A stretch of 64,000 nucleotides of DNA from Candidatus Yanofskybacteria bacterium (GTDB lineage Bacteria; Patescibacteriota; Minisyncoccia; 2-02-FULL-40-12; GWA2-44-9), in contig JADLBM010000016.1 of assembly GCA_020847715.1 (NCBI GenBank), forward strand, positions 6,919 through 70,918, written 5' to 3'. The notes beneath the pieces were generated by a model. The model made no database searches. It worked only from the letters and a program-made list of their open reading frames with translations, and was not told the DNA's origin. The position numbers and the translations under genes were made by a program. This document shows, in pieces, positions 18,677 through 29,961 of this stretch (the first letter of the stretch is position 1; each line of letters begins with the position of its first letter).

Positions 18677-20413
18677 ATGGCACAGAACCTCGAACATATC
18701 CGCCACTCACTCGCCCACCTGTTGGCCGCAGCGGTACTCCGGCTCTTTCCAGATGCTCAGCGGACCATCGGTCCGGCAATCGATACTGGCTTTTACTACG
18801 ACTTCGAGTTCCCGACCGCTGTCACCGCCGACGACCTCCCCCGCATCGAGAAAGAGATGAAAAAGCTCCTCCCCTCGTGGACAGCATTCACGCACCGCGA
18901 GGTGACCCCCGCAGAAGCTCGCGAATTCTTCCGCGACAATCCCTACAAACTCGAGCTCATCGATGAAATCGAAGCAAAGGGAGAAAAACTCACCCTCTAT
19001 ACGAGTGGAGACTTTACCGACCTCTGCCGCGGCGGCCACGTCGAGAACCCCTCCTCCATCGATCCCGAATCGTTCAAGCTCGACAAACTCGCCGGCGCCT
19101 ACTGGCGCGGCGACGAAACCAAGCCAATGCTGACCCGCATCTACGGGTTCGCGTTCTCGACCCCAGAAGAGCTGTCCGCGCACCTAACAATGCTCGAAGA
19201 AGCGAAGAAGCGCGACCACAAGGTCCTCGGCCCGGCCCTCGATCTGTTCACCTTCTCCGACCTTGTCGGCCCCGGCCTTCCGCTGTGGACTCCGCGGGGC
19301 ACACTGGTTCGCAACCTTCTCGACGACTTCGTTTGGTCGCTACGCGCGAAGCACGGCTATCAGAAAGTGGAAATTCCCCACATCACCAAGAAAGCGCTCT
19401 ACGAGACCTCCGGTCATTGGGAGAAATACCAAAACGACCTCTTCCGCATCACAACGCGCGAAGGGCACGAGTTCGCGATGAAACCAATGAACTGTCCGCA
19501 CCACACCCAGATCTATGCGCGGCGTCAGCACAGCTACCGCGAGCTCCCTCAGCGCTACGCCAACACCACCACCTGCTATCGCGACGAGCAAACCGGCGAA
19601 CTCTCGGGCCTCTCTCGCGTCCGCGCGTTCGCACAGGACGACGCGCATGTGTTCTGCCGTATGTCGCAGGCAAAGGATGAGTTCCTCAAGGTGTGGGACA
19701 TCATCCACGAATTCTACCCCCCGTTCGGTTTTGCGCTCAAGGTGCGGCTCTCCCGCCACGACCCCGCGCATCCGGAGAAGTACCTCGGCGACCCTGCGCG
19801 ATGGCAAACCGCGGAAGGCATTCTCGAGGGCATCGTCAAAGAGAAAGGCGTCGAGTACATCGACGGCCTCGGGGAGGCGGCATTCTATGGACCAAAGCTC
19901 GACTTCCTTGCGCATGATTCCCTCGGACGCGAGTGGCAGGTTGCCACAATTCAGCTCGACATGAACATGCCGGAACGGTTCGATCTTACCTGTGTGAATG
20001 AAGAGGGAAAGAAAGAGCGCGTGGTCATGATCCATGCGGCTATCATGGGCTCCATTGAGCGATTCCTCTCTATCCTCATCGAGCACACCGCTGGCGCATT
20101 CCCGCTCTGGCTCTCCCCCACGCAGGTGCGCGTACTCCCCATCGCGGATCGCCACATTGAAAAGGCGCAGGAGATCGCGACGGCGCTTCGTGCCGCGGGA
20201 CTCCGCGTTGAGGTCGACGAATCCTCGGAGAGCGTCGGCAAGAAGATTCGCGCATCGGAAACCATGAAGACCCCGTATGCCGTCGTACTTGGCGACAAAG
20301 ACATCGAGGCGGGCGTAGTCTCGGTCCGTAAGCACGGAGGCGAAGACCTCGGCCAGCTGAAGCTCGACGACCTCATTGAGCGCCTCGCTACAGAAGTCAC
20401 CGCAAAAGCGTAA
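18677..20413 (+). CDS. thrS: Threonine--tRNA ligase (no N-terminal TGS domain)
   Basis: IRHSLAHLLA, DLCRGGH, RDHK, KPMNCPHH, AAFYGPKLD, IHAAIMGSIERF; start ATG 18677. Confidence 0.97.
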   Translation: MAQNLEHIRHSLAHLLAAAVLRLFPDAQRTIGPAIDTGFYYDFEFPTAVTADDLPRIEKEMKKLLPSWTAFTHREVTPAEAREFFRDNPYKLELIDEIEAKGEKLTLYTSGDFTDLCRGGHVENPSSIDPESFKLDKLAGAYWRGDETKPMLTRIYGFAFSTPEELSAHLTMLEEAKKRDHKVLGPALDLFTFSDLVGPGLPLWTPRGTLVRNLLDDFVWSLRAKHGYQKVEIPHITKKALYETSGHWEKYQNDLFRITTREGHEFAMKPMNCPHHTQIYARRQHSYRELPQRYANTTTCYRDEQTGELSGLSRVRAFAQDDAHVFCRMSQAKDEFLKVWDIIHEFYPPFGFALKVRLSRHDPAHPEKYLGDPARWQTAEGILEGIVKEKGVEYIDGLGEAAFYGPKLDFLAHDSLGREWQVATIQLDMNMPERFDLTCVNEEGKKERVVMIHAAIMGSIERFLSILIEHTAGAFPLWLSPTQVRVLPIADRHIEKAQEIATALRAAGLRVEVDESSESVGKKIRASETMKTPYAVVLGDKDIEAGVVSVRKHGGEDLGQLKLDDLIERLATEVTAKA

Positions 20414-20439
20414 AAAAGCCCCCTCACTCGAGGGGGCTG

Positions 20440-20988
20440 TCAGTGGAATACCGTCCAGACCGACAGGATGCCTGCCATGAGGTACGCGGTCCGAACCGCA
20501 TTCCCTGCGACAAGGGCATAGAAGCCCTCCCGGAACTTCGTGACCCCGACCACGACAAGAAAGGGCGCTCGGGAACCCCACGCCGGGTATGCTCCGGCAC
20601 CGAGGAGAAATCCGCACCCTGCCCACTTGGTCATCGTAAGAAGGCGGCGCCCTTGGCGATGCGCCTGATCCCGCCGGACACGAAGCTCCTCAAAGATCCG
20701 GTCGATGTACCCTTCTTGGCGGATGAGGCTCGCAGCCTGCTTCGCGACCGCGACGAGACGCTGGATGCGGTCTGTGTCTGCGATGAGGTCGCAGAGCCAC
20801 CCCCAGAACCAGTATGTCCACGCCATCTTCCCAGTCGTTATGAGGATGACAAGGACGATCGCGGGCACAATGCCGATCCCCAGCCATGACCGCCATGTCT
20901 CCGCCGAGAGAATGAGCAGGTCGCCCTGAATCGGAATCGTCAGCACCGCAACACCGAGCGGCCAGAAATCCGCTACATGTCGGTGCAT
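20440..20988 (-). CDS. Hypothetical membrane protein
   Basis: AAGGAGG SD; several hydrophobic segments. Confidence 0.65.
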   Translation of the reverse strand: MHRHVADFWPLGVAVLTIPIQGDLLILSAETWRSWLGIGIVPAIVLVILITTGKMAWTYWFWGWLCDLIADTDRIQRLVAVAKQAASLIRQEGYIDRIFEELRVRRDQAHRQGRRLLTMTKWAGCGFLLGAGAYPAWGSRAPFLVVVGVTKFREGFYALVAGNAVRTAYLMAGILSVWTVFH

Positions 20989-21040
20989 CTTTCCTCCTTG
21001 CAGTAAAAGGAACGGTTCGGTATGTTATACCATGCTTTCT

Positions 21041-21937
21041 ATGAAAGACAACCGCCCCCTCCTTATTGTCATCGCAGGTCCAACCGCATCAGGCAAATCC
21101 GACCTTGCCATCCGACTCGCCAAAAAGCTCCGTGGCGAAATCATTTCTGCCGATTCCCGGCAGGTTTACCGTGGGATGGATATCGGAACGGGCAAAGTCA
21201 CCAAACGCGAGCAGAAACTTGTCCGCCATTGGCTCCTGGACGTTGCCTCCCCCACCCGCCAATACTCAGTGGCGCAGTTCAAGCGCGATGCAGAGAAGGC
21301 AATTCGCCACATCTCTAAACGCGGAAAACTTCCTATCATCTGCGGCGGAACAGGATTCTGGATTGATGCGCTCGTCTACGGCCAAACGCTCCCCGAGGTA
21401 AAACCCGATGCGAAGCTCCGCGCACAACTTCGAAAGTTGACCCCGGCTCAGATGTTCGCCAGACTCAACAAGCTTGACCCCGTTCGTGCTGCCGTTATCG
21501 ACCGCCGCAACCCTGTCCGTCTTATTCGCGCGCTCGAAATCGTCATGACGACAGGCATGCCCGTTCCGCCCGCACGTCGTTCTTCTCCGTATCGGGTGCT
21601 CTACCTCGGTGTATCGCGCCCGATGGACGAACTGCAGCGTCGCATCGAAAAGCGCCTCGATGCCCGCCTGAAAGCCGGCATGATTGCCGAGGTCCGCCGC
21701 CTACACGCCAATGGAGTCGGCTGGAAGCGTCTTGAATCCTTCGGCCTTGAATACCGCTGGGTCGCCCGCTTCCTGCAGGGCAACATAACGCGCCACGAAA
21801 TGCGCGACGCGCTGCTGAAAGACATCGTCGCATACGCCAAGCGCCAGCTCACCTGGTGGCGAAAAAATAAAGACATCTTTTGGGTCATCGACCTCCAAGA
21901 GGCCACAGGGCTCACCCTCCGATTTCTCCGAAGTTAA
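21041..21937 (+). CDS. miaA: tRNA dimethylallyltransferase
   Basis: GPTASGKS, IISADSRQVYRGMDIGTGK, GGTGFW, IRALE, YAKRQLTW. Confidence 0.96.
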   Translation: MKDNRPLLIVIAGPTASGKSDLAIRLAKKLRGEIISADSRQVYRGMDIGTGKVTKREQKLVRHWLLDVASPTRQYSVAQFKRDAEKAIRHISKRGKLPIICGGTGFWIDALVYGQTLPEVKPDAKLRAQLRKLTPAQMFARLNKLDPVRAAVIDRRNPVRLIRALEIVMTTGMPVPPARRSSPYRVLYLGVSRPMDELQRRIEKRLDARLKAGMIAEVRRLHANGVGWKRLESFGLEYRWVARFLQGNITRHEMRDALLKDIVAYAKRQLTWWRKNKDIFWVIDLQEATGLTLRFLRS

Positions 21938-21947
21938 ATCTCAATAG

Positions 21948-22058
21948 AAACAAAACGAGCCACGGATGTGGTTCGCTCTGTGGGACCCGGAAGCTATACA
22001 GTCCTATTACATACTGGCGGCTTTCCCTTACGAGTCACCTTCACTCTTCCGGATCCCA
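21948..22058 (-). ncRNA. Candidate structured small RNA with its own promoter and terminator
   Basis: Closing helix GGGAUCCGGAAG/CUUCCGGGUCCC, internal hairpins, upstream TTGACC-16 nt-TACCCT, downstream hairpin plus UUUUGUUU. Confidence 0.45.
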
Positions 22059-22084
22059 TCCTAAGGGTAGACCCACCCCACAGA

Positions 22085-22106
22085 GGGTCAATACGAGTTA
22101 TGCACC
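22085..22106. repeat. 22-bp direct repeat, copy 1 (GGGTCAATACGAGTTATGCACC)
   Basis: Identical to 22665..22686. Confidence 0.9.
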
Positions 22107-22160
22107 CGAGGTTGCATGGCATGCGAAACAAAAACGAGGACAGGGCCTCGTTGAGAATGC

Positions 22161-22556
22161 TTAGCTCCAAGAATCGAGCGCATCCTGTGCGGCTTGTTTC
22201 CGCCACTCGATAAGCTGCGGGAAGAAACGGCGCTCCAACTCGGATGTGAATGTTCGGATTTGCTCCGCCTCCCGGATTCTCTCGACCACACTTTGCAAAG
22301 CACCAGTATCGGAGGCCCGCAAAATACTCGGAGGATCAACCCTTGGCAGTAACTGGCGGTAGTACGCCATCAGCATCCGATGCGCACCCTGCACCTCTTG
22401 AGATGAATCGCCCAGTCTGCGAAGCTCGTCCCAATCGGGAAAGCGCTCAAGGATGGCATCAAAGACATTCTTTCGTAGCTCGCTAGAGCATCCGTCCGGC
22501 CAGTCCGACAAGGGAGCCGCCCATGAATCGGTCCAGCTAGGATACACCCTCCCCAT
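22161..22556 (-). CDS. Hypothetical protein (131 aa, orphan) between the direct repeats
   Basis: GAGGAGG SD; single clean ORF. Confidence 0.65.
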   Translation of the reverse strand: MGRVYPSWTDSWAAPLSDWPDGCSSELRKNVFDAILERFPDWDELRRLGDSSQEVQGAHRMLMAYYRQLLPRVDPPSILRASDTGALQSVVERIREAEQIRTFTSELERRFFPQLIEWRKQAAQDALDSWS

Positions 22557-22664
22557 TTCGCCTCCTCACAATGTGCTGCGAAGATTATTGCACGAATTTC
22601 CTAGTAAAGAAACGGTTGCGTTCTCAAGGCAATCATACGATAGCACGCAAGTCGTCGAAAAGAG

Positions 22665-22686
22665 GGGTCAATACGAGTTATGCACC
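22665..22686. repeat. 22-bp direct repeat, copy 2
   Basis: Identical to 22085..22106. Confidence 0.9.
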
Positions 22687-22988
22687 TACGACTCGTCGAG
22701 AATGATGTGCTCCTTGAACGCCCCGCGTTCCACCGCTTTTGCCTCTCGCAACCGCTCGATATCTTCACGTGACACGCCAGCGGCGTCTCCCAGTGCATAG
22801 ACCACTTCCAGAATGTCCGCCAGCTCCTCGGGAGAACCGGACTCGAGGTATTCGTCGACCTCTTCCCGAAGCTTCATGCGGAGTTTCTCGCGATACTCCT
22901 CCTCAGTTGCAATATGAACGACCGGCTCAACTCCTTTTGAACGGATAATCTCGGGAATGCGGTCGCGTACCAGTTTCTCGTATTTCAT
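22686..22988 (-). CDS. MazG-like nucleoside triphosphate pyrophosphohydrolase
   Basis: YEKLVRDRIPEII, KLREEVDEY, EELADILEV, K..ERGAF. Confidence 0.85.
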   Translation of the reverse strand: MKYEKLVRDRIPEIIRSKGVEPVVHIATEEEYREKLRMKLREEVDEYLESGSPEELADILEVVYALGDAAGVSREDIERLREAKAVERGAFKEHIILDES

Positions 22989-24458
22989 TTAGCGCAACTT
23001 TTCTCGTAGCATCTGCTCAGCCACCTGTGGGTGCGCCTTACCCTTTGAGAGCGCCATGACCTTGCCGACGAGCGCCTTCATCGCCGGTTCCTTGCCTGCC
23101 TTAAAATCAGCAACGACCTTCGCGCTCTGAGCGATCGCTTCTTCGACAAAAAGATTCATAGATGCGGCGTCAGTCACCTGGCCGAGGTCGTGTGCGGCGA
23201 TAATATCTTCGGGGTCTTCACCCGTTTCCCACATGGTCTGTAGGACGGTTTGCGCAGCGGTGCTTCCGATCTGGCCCGCCGCGACACGCACCACGAAGTC
23301 GGCAAACAGTGCGGGGGTAATTTTGGTGTCATGCGGGTTCGCCTGTGCCGCAAATAGCTTCGGCTGAAGCTGGGTGATGAGCCAATTCGCAGCAACCTTT
23401 GCAAGCTTCGTGTAGTCGGCCGCTTCACCGCTGATAGGATTATCCTCTGACTTCAATTCGGATACGACCTCCTCGAAATAGTCGCCCAACTCCTTGAACA
23501 CCGTCAGAATCTCGATATCTCCGGCTGGAAGCCCGTATTCGGTCGCGAACCGCTCGCGCCGAGCCGCCGGGAGCTCCGGAAGAGATGCGCGAAGTGCGTC
23601 GATCTCCGCTTCGGTCAGAACGATTGGCGGCAGATCGGGCTCGGGGAAATAGCGGTAGTCGGCGCTCCCCTCCTTCACGCGCTGACTGACGGTTTTCTGG
23701 TGCACATCATCCCAGCCGCGAGTCTCCTGCACGAGCTTTTCGCCAGCATCGAGCGCCGCGGACTGCCGCTCGATTTCGTATGCCGCGGCGCGAGTCGCCG
23801 CGGAGATGGAGTTGATATTTTTCACCTCCACTTTCGTGCCATACTCCTGTTGGCCGTTGGGCCGCACGGAAAGGTTCACCTCAACGCGCATCTGCCCTTT
23901 TTCCATGTCCGCATCGGATGCTTCGAGGTAGCGAAGGACCAGCTGAAGCTCAGTTGCAAAGGCACGAACATCCTCTGGATCATCGAGGTCAGGGTGAGTC
24001 ACGAGCTCCATCAGCGGGACGCCCGCGCGATTGTAGTCGGCGAGGGTTGCGTCGTCCGGTGCGTGCTGGAGCTTCCCCGCATCCTCTTCCAAGTGGATGC
24101 GCTCGATGCGCACCTTCTTCCGATGAGGCCCAACCTCGAGGACGCCGTTCCGACAGAACGGCACCTGGAATTGCGAGATCTGATATCCCTTGGGAAGGTC
24201 AGGGTAGAAGTAATTCTTCCGCTCGAAGAATGAGTGACGCTCGATACTGCATCCCAGCGCCAGCCCCGCACGCACCAGCTTCATCACCGCCTCACGATTG
24301 ATGACCGGAAGCGTGCCGGGATGACCCATGCACACAGGACACACATTTGTGTTCGGAGTTTTCTCGAGCGGGTCGTTTGCGCAATCGCAAAACATCTTCG
24401 TCGCCGTGTTCAGTTCTGCATGAACCTCGAGTCCGATTGTGGGGATGTATTCCGCCAT
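22989..24458 (-). CDS. gatB: Asp/Glu-tRNA amidotransferase subunit B
   Basis: IGLEVHAEL, RKNYFYPDLPKGYQISQ, IHLEEDAGK, NRAGVPLMELV, DYRYFPEPDLP. Confidence 0.98.
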   Translation of the reverse strand: MAEYIPTIGLEVHAELNTATKMFCDCANDPLEKTPNTNVCPVCMGHPGTLPVINREAVMKLVRAGLALGCSIERHSFFERKNYFYPDLPKGYQISQFQVPFCRNGVLEVGPHRKKVRIERIHLEEDAGKLQHAPDDATLADYNRAGVPLMELVTHPDLDDPEDVRAFATELQLVLRYLEASDADMEKGQMRVEVNLSVRPNGQQEYGTKVEVKNINSISAATRAAAYEIERQSAALDAGEKLVQETRGWDDVHQKTVSQRVKEGSADYRYFPEPDLPPIVLTEAEIDALRASLPELPAARRERFATEYGLPAGDIEILTVFKELGDYFEEVVSELKSEDNPISGEAADYTKLAKVAANWLITQLQPKLFAAQANPHDTKITPALFADFVVRVAAGQIGSTAAQTVLQTMWETGEDPEDIIAAHDLGQVTDAASMNLFVEEAIAQSAKVVADFKAGKEPAMKALVGKVMALSKGKAHPQVAEQMLREKLR

Positions 24459-24520
24459 ATGATAGCCAACTCTAACACGGTTTTCCGCGCAAAAAAAGAC
24501 CGACCTCGCGGTCGGTCGTA

Positions 24521-25204
24521 CTACTGAATAATCCCGTGCTCGGCCCTGATACGCACCCGAACCTGCTCGATCAGGCCGTCGCGCACCAGTCGGTTGTAGA
24601 TTCGATCAAGCACCTGAGCCCCCGACAGATTGTCGGTATCGATGGTGCACACCGACCACGGCGCAGTCGCTTGGTGCGCCAACAGGTCCGCGAACTGCTC
24701 GTATCCGCGGGAGACACGGTGATGGAACTCGTCCCCCGCCGATTCGATGCGGTCGGGCGATTTCTGTCGCATGCGCGCCTTCGCCACCCACGGCGACACA
24801 GTCAGCAGGAATGTGATGTCCGGAACCAGTCCGCAGGTTGCCAGATAGGCAGCCGGAAGCGCCAGCTGTATCGGCAGCCCACGCCCTGCGATCTGATACG
24901 CAAGCGTGGAGAGTGTCGAACGGTCGAGTACGACGATCTTCCCTTCGGCAAGCGCCGGAACGACACAGTGCCGCATCACCTGCGCCCGAGAGGCGAGGAA
25001 AAGGAACAGCTCGGCCTCCGAGCACAGCGGCTCCTTGGTGTTGAGCAGAATGTCGCGAAGCGGCTGCCCAAGCGATCCACTCCCCGGCTCGCGGAACGAT
25101 GCCACCGAAACATCCGGAGAAAACTCCTGCGAAAGCCGTTCGACCAGCTGTCGAGCGGCGGTCGACTTTCCAGAGCCTTCGGGCCCTTCCAACAGAATGA
25201 ACAC
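24521..25204 (-). CDS. tmk: Thymidylate kinase
   Basis: FILLEGPEGSGKST, FREPG, ELFLFLASRAQ, LDRS..STLAYQ, DRIE; GTG start with GAGGGAGG SD. Confidence 0.92.
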   Translation of the reverse strand: MFILLEGPEGSGKSTAARQLVERLSQEFSPDVSVASFREPGSGSLGQPLRDILLNTKEPLCSEAELFLFLASRAQVMRHCVVPALAEGKIVVLDRSTLSTLAYQIAGRGLPIQLALPAAYLATCGLVPDITFLLTVSPWVAKARMRQKSPDRIESAGDEFHHRVSRGYEQFADLLAHQATAPWSVCTIDTDNLSGAQVLDRIYNRLVRDGLIEQVRVRIRAEHGIIQ

Positions 25205-25290
25205 GGAAACCTCCCTCAAAGAACTGGGAGCCAATCGTACCAAAGCAAAACCCGCCGGCAAGGGCGGGTTTTGCACACAAGCATGCGGTG

Positions 25291-25713
25291 CTATTTGATC
25301 TCGATGCCCATGGAACGGGCGGTGCCGCCGATAATCTCCATTGCGGCTTCGACGTCATTGGCGTTCAGGTCGCCCATCTTCTGCTCAGAAATCTGTTTGA
25401 GCTGAGCTTTGGTCACGGTACCGACCTTCTTCTTGTTCGGCTCCCCGCTTCCCTTCTCCAGACCGGCTGCAACACGCAGGAGGTATGCCGCGGGCGGAGT
25501 CTTCAGCTTGAACTCGAATGTACGGTCTTCGTAGATGGTGATTTCCACCGGAGTCACCTGTCCGACCTTGTCCTTTGTGGCCTCATTGAACTGCAGTACG
25601 AACTGCTGAAGATTGATGCCGTGGGGTCCAAGCGCTGTGCCGACCGGAGGCGCAGGCGTTGCACGCCCTCCTTCGACCTGCAGTTTTACGATTGTCTTTA
25701 CTTTCTTTGCCAT
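25291..25713 (-). CDS. rplK: 50S ribosomal protein L11
   Basis: [25 protein letters not shown]. Confidence 0.98.
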   Translation of the reverse strand: MAKKVKTIVKLQVEGGRATPAPPVGTALGPHGINLQQFVLQFNEATKDKVGQVTPVEITIYEDRTFEFKLKTPPAAYLLRVAAGLEKGSGEPNKKKVGTVTKAQLKQISEQKMGDLNANDVEAAMEIIGGTARSMGIEIK

Positions 25714-25764
25714 ATCATGTGAATCGCCGCCGGGAGAAGCTGCCCGACCGCGGTCCGATTACAA

Positions 25765-26310
25765 TTACAGTTTCTTCATCTGCAAAAAGTCCAGCTCGAC
25801 AGGGGTCTCGCGACCAAAGATCGTAACCAGCACCTTGATACGCCCCTTTTCCATATCGACTTCCGACACCTTCCCATCGAAATCCTTGAACGGGCCGTCG
25901 CTAATCTTCACCCGATCGCCAACCTGAACATCCACCTTATACTTCGGCTCCTCGACGCCCATGCGGGCGAGCAGTCCATCCACCTCAGCGCGAGCGAGCG
26001 GCGTTGGCGTGGTGCCTGCGCCGATAAAACCGGTGACATTCGGCGTGTTGCGAACCACGTACCATGAGTCGTCCGAGACGATCATCTCCACCAGCACATA
26101 GCCGGGATAGATCTTCTCCTCGACGACCTCACGCTTCCCGCCCTTCACGCGGATCTTCTTCTCCTTCGGAACAAGCACGCTAAAAATCTTGTCCTCAAAA
26201 CCAAGCGACTCGATGCGCTGGCGAAGGTTGCGGGCAACATTGTCCTCGTAGCCTGAGTAGGTATGGATGGCATACCACTCACGCTGACCGGTGCTGACTT
26301 GCTTCGGCAT
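25765..26310 (-). CDS. nusG: Transcription factor NusG
   Basis: WYAIHTYSGYE, YPGYVLVEM, VRNTPNVTGF, KOW motif GPFKDFDG, IFGRETPVEL. Confidence 0.98.
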   Translation of the reverse strand: MPKQVSTGQREWYAIHTYSGYEDNVARNLRQRIESLGFEDKIFSVLVPKEKKIRVKGGKREVVEEKIYPGYVLVEMIVSDDSWYVVRNTPNVTGFIGAGTTPTPLARAEVDGLLARMGVEEPKYKVDVQVGDRVKISDGPFKDFDGKVSEVDMEKGRIKVLVTIFGRETPVELDFLQMKKL

Positions 26311-26330
26311 AGTATGGAAAAATGAACGAT

Positions 26331-26513
26331 TTACCCGATCACCAGACTAAGGACCCAAGCGAGGAGCATGTCCAAACCGCCAAGGTAGATAGCGAAAAAC
26401 AAGCTAATTCCCAGCACGACGCCGGTATAGGCAAACAGCTGAGAGCGGGTCGGCCAGCTGACCTTCCCGAGCTCGACGCGCACTTCGCGCAAGAATGTAA
26501 GAATGCGTTCCAT
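26331..26513 (-). CDS. secE: Preprotein translocase subunit SecE
   Basis: FLREVRVELGKVSWP plus one TM helix; upstream of nusG. Confidence 0.95.
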   Translation of the reverse strand: MERILTFLREVRVELGKVSWPTRSQLFAYTGVVLGISLFFAIYLGGLDMLLAWVLSLVIG

Positions 26514-26516
26514 GAT

Positions 26517-26593
26517 GTAAGTCCGAATCGCCTAAGCACTTCGTGCTGCGATTCTGCCTGATACCAATTGGCCTCTGCTAATTGGTATCAAAA
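26517..26593. repeat. Two-hairpin structured element, copy 1 (secE leader)
   Basis: Shares GTAA..GAATCGC..AGC-stem-GCTGCGATTCTGCC..TGATA-stem-TATCAAAA with 51608..51684. Confidence 0.7.
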
Positions 26594-26647
26594 CCGCCCG
26601 AAGGCGTGTCTGAATACTACCAGAACACGCGGAAACAGTCAACTTTG

Positions 26648-28780
<2,133 letters not shown>

Positions 28781-28867
28781 TCAGCAGATGAAATCAACCC
28801 CCAAAACACGTCATAAAGTGGCGTAAACACTGACTTAATTGGGGCTGTGTAACACTCAGCAGAACAT

Positions 28868-28896
28868 TTGACAATGCATCTATTAACTGGTATGAT
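28868..28896 (+). promoter_or_regulatory. sigma70 promoter
   Basis: TTGACA-17 nt-TATGAT with TG extension; AAGGAG SD at 28904. Confidence 0.75.
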
Positions 28897-28917
28897 TAAT
28901 ACCAAGGAGCGTTACAC

Positions 28918-29289
28918 ATGAGCGAACCGGAGTTCCTGTACGCGACCATCGCCATGCCTCACAACGGCGGGCACGGCGCATGGCCTGCAGTCATCCTGCT
29001 GACGCCGAATCCCGTCGCAGCGGTCTTGGCTGCGCGAGGGGTCGAGTCGTTGGGGTTCGAGCTCAACTGGCACGACCACATCGTGCGCGTCGACCGCCTC
29101 CCGGTCGGAATGCCGCTGAGCCGGGCAGTCTTCAAGGAGAACCCGAATCTGACCGTCTTCTCCCGGTATCAGACGCGGACGCACGTCGACCGCGAACTGG
29201 AAATCGTCGAGGACGTCACCGACGCCGACCTCGCCCACACACTCGGCGTCACCGTCTGTGACGGCATCCGGCACTCAGTACGGTTGTAG
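28918..29289 (+). CDS. Hypothetical protein (123 aa, orphan)
   Basis: Promoter, SD and terminator (AGCCGGGCCC..GGGTCCGGCT-TTTT). Confidence 0.7.
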   Translation: MSEPEFLYATIAMPHNGGHGAWPAVILLTPNPVAAVLAARGVESLGFELNWHDHIVRVDRLPVGMPLSRAVFKENPNLTVFSRYQTRTHVDRELEIVEDVTDADLAHTLGVTVCDGIRHSVRL

Positions 29290-29364
29290 CTACGGCGAGT
29301 GCAGTGCCAGAGCCGGGCCCGCGTGGGTCCGGCTTTTTCGTATGCACGAGCCGCCAAGTTTCTT

Positions 29365-29958
29365 CTACATGCGCTGCTTGAGCTCGTCTCGGAGCGCCTG
29401 CGCTGTCGCCAGAACCGCCTTGGGAAGGCGCTTGAACCTGGGGTCGATGAGTGCGAGTGAAAGGATACCGACCGCGTCTCTCGCCTTTCCAGTATCGGCG
29501 GCGCGGCGCGCCTCTTCCATTTTTGTAGCCAGGATGTCAGCTGGCCGCTCCTTGCGTTCCGGCGGGAGCGCCGCCTCAAGCACATCAATCGCATTGCCAA
29601 TAGCGTCTGCCACACCGACGACTCCCTCCTGTTGTGCATCCGCAAACTCGTCTCGCAACTTCTCAAGCGCAGCATCCACGAACGGCTTCCCTGTATAGCC
29701 CGCGTCCAGAAAAACGCGCGTCGCACGAATGATATCAACGGCCTTCTCGGGCGTGGCAATTCCACGCATATGCAAGCCCCGTTCGTGGTACCACTGCTCA
29801 AAGAGCTCCAGCCCCCGGAGCACTCGCTCGTCCTCGTCATCAAACGGATCCGAAACACCGTTCGCTCTCATCGCGCGCACAGCATCCAGGGCCCGCTCAT
29901 ACGATGCGGGTTCCTGCTCTCCTGATACTGCCGATGGTTGCGGAGGATGTTCGCTCAT
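29365..29958 (-). CDS. Hypothetical helical protein (197 aa)
   Basis: Starts directly after the pheT stop; plausible amino-acid composition. Confidence 0.7.
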   Translation of the reverse strand: MSEHPPQPSAVSGEQEPASYERALDAVRAMRANGVSDPFDDEDERVLRGLELFEQWYHERGLHMRGIATPEKAVDIIRATRVFLDAGYTGKPFVDAALEKLRDEFADAQQEGVVGVADAIGNAIDVLEAALPPERKERPADILATKMEEARRAADTGKARDAVGILSLALIDPRFKRLPKAVLATAQALRDELKQRM

Positions 29959-29961
29959 ATG

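Noticed and set aside
15791-20626. Long antisense ORFs (e.g. 445, 338 and 428 aa) opposite dnaE and thrS; similar ones opposite relA, ileS and ligA
   Set aside because: Shadow ORFs expected from high-GC codon bias; no recognisable motifs.
21981-22058. Hammerhead ribozyme or SRP RNA
   Set aside because: It lacks the CUGANGA core and the SRP CAGG/AGCA symmetric loop; kept only as an unknown ncRNA candidate.
22762-22776. parS-like TTCACGTGA core
   Set aside because: The flanks do not match TGTTTCACGTGAAACA, it lies inside a CDS, and it is a single copy.
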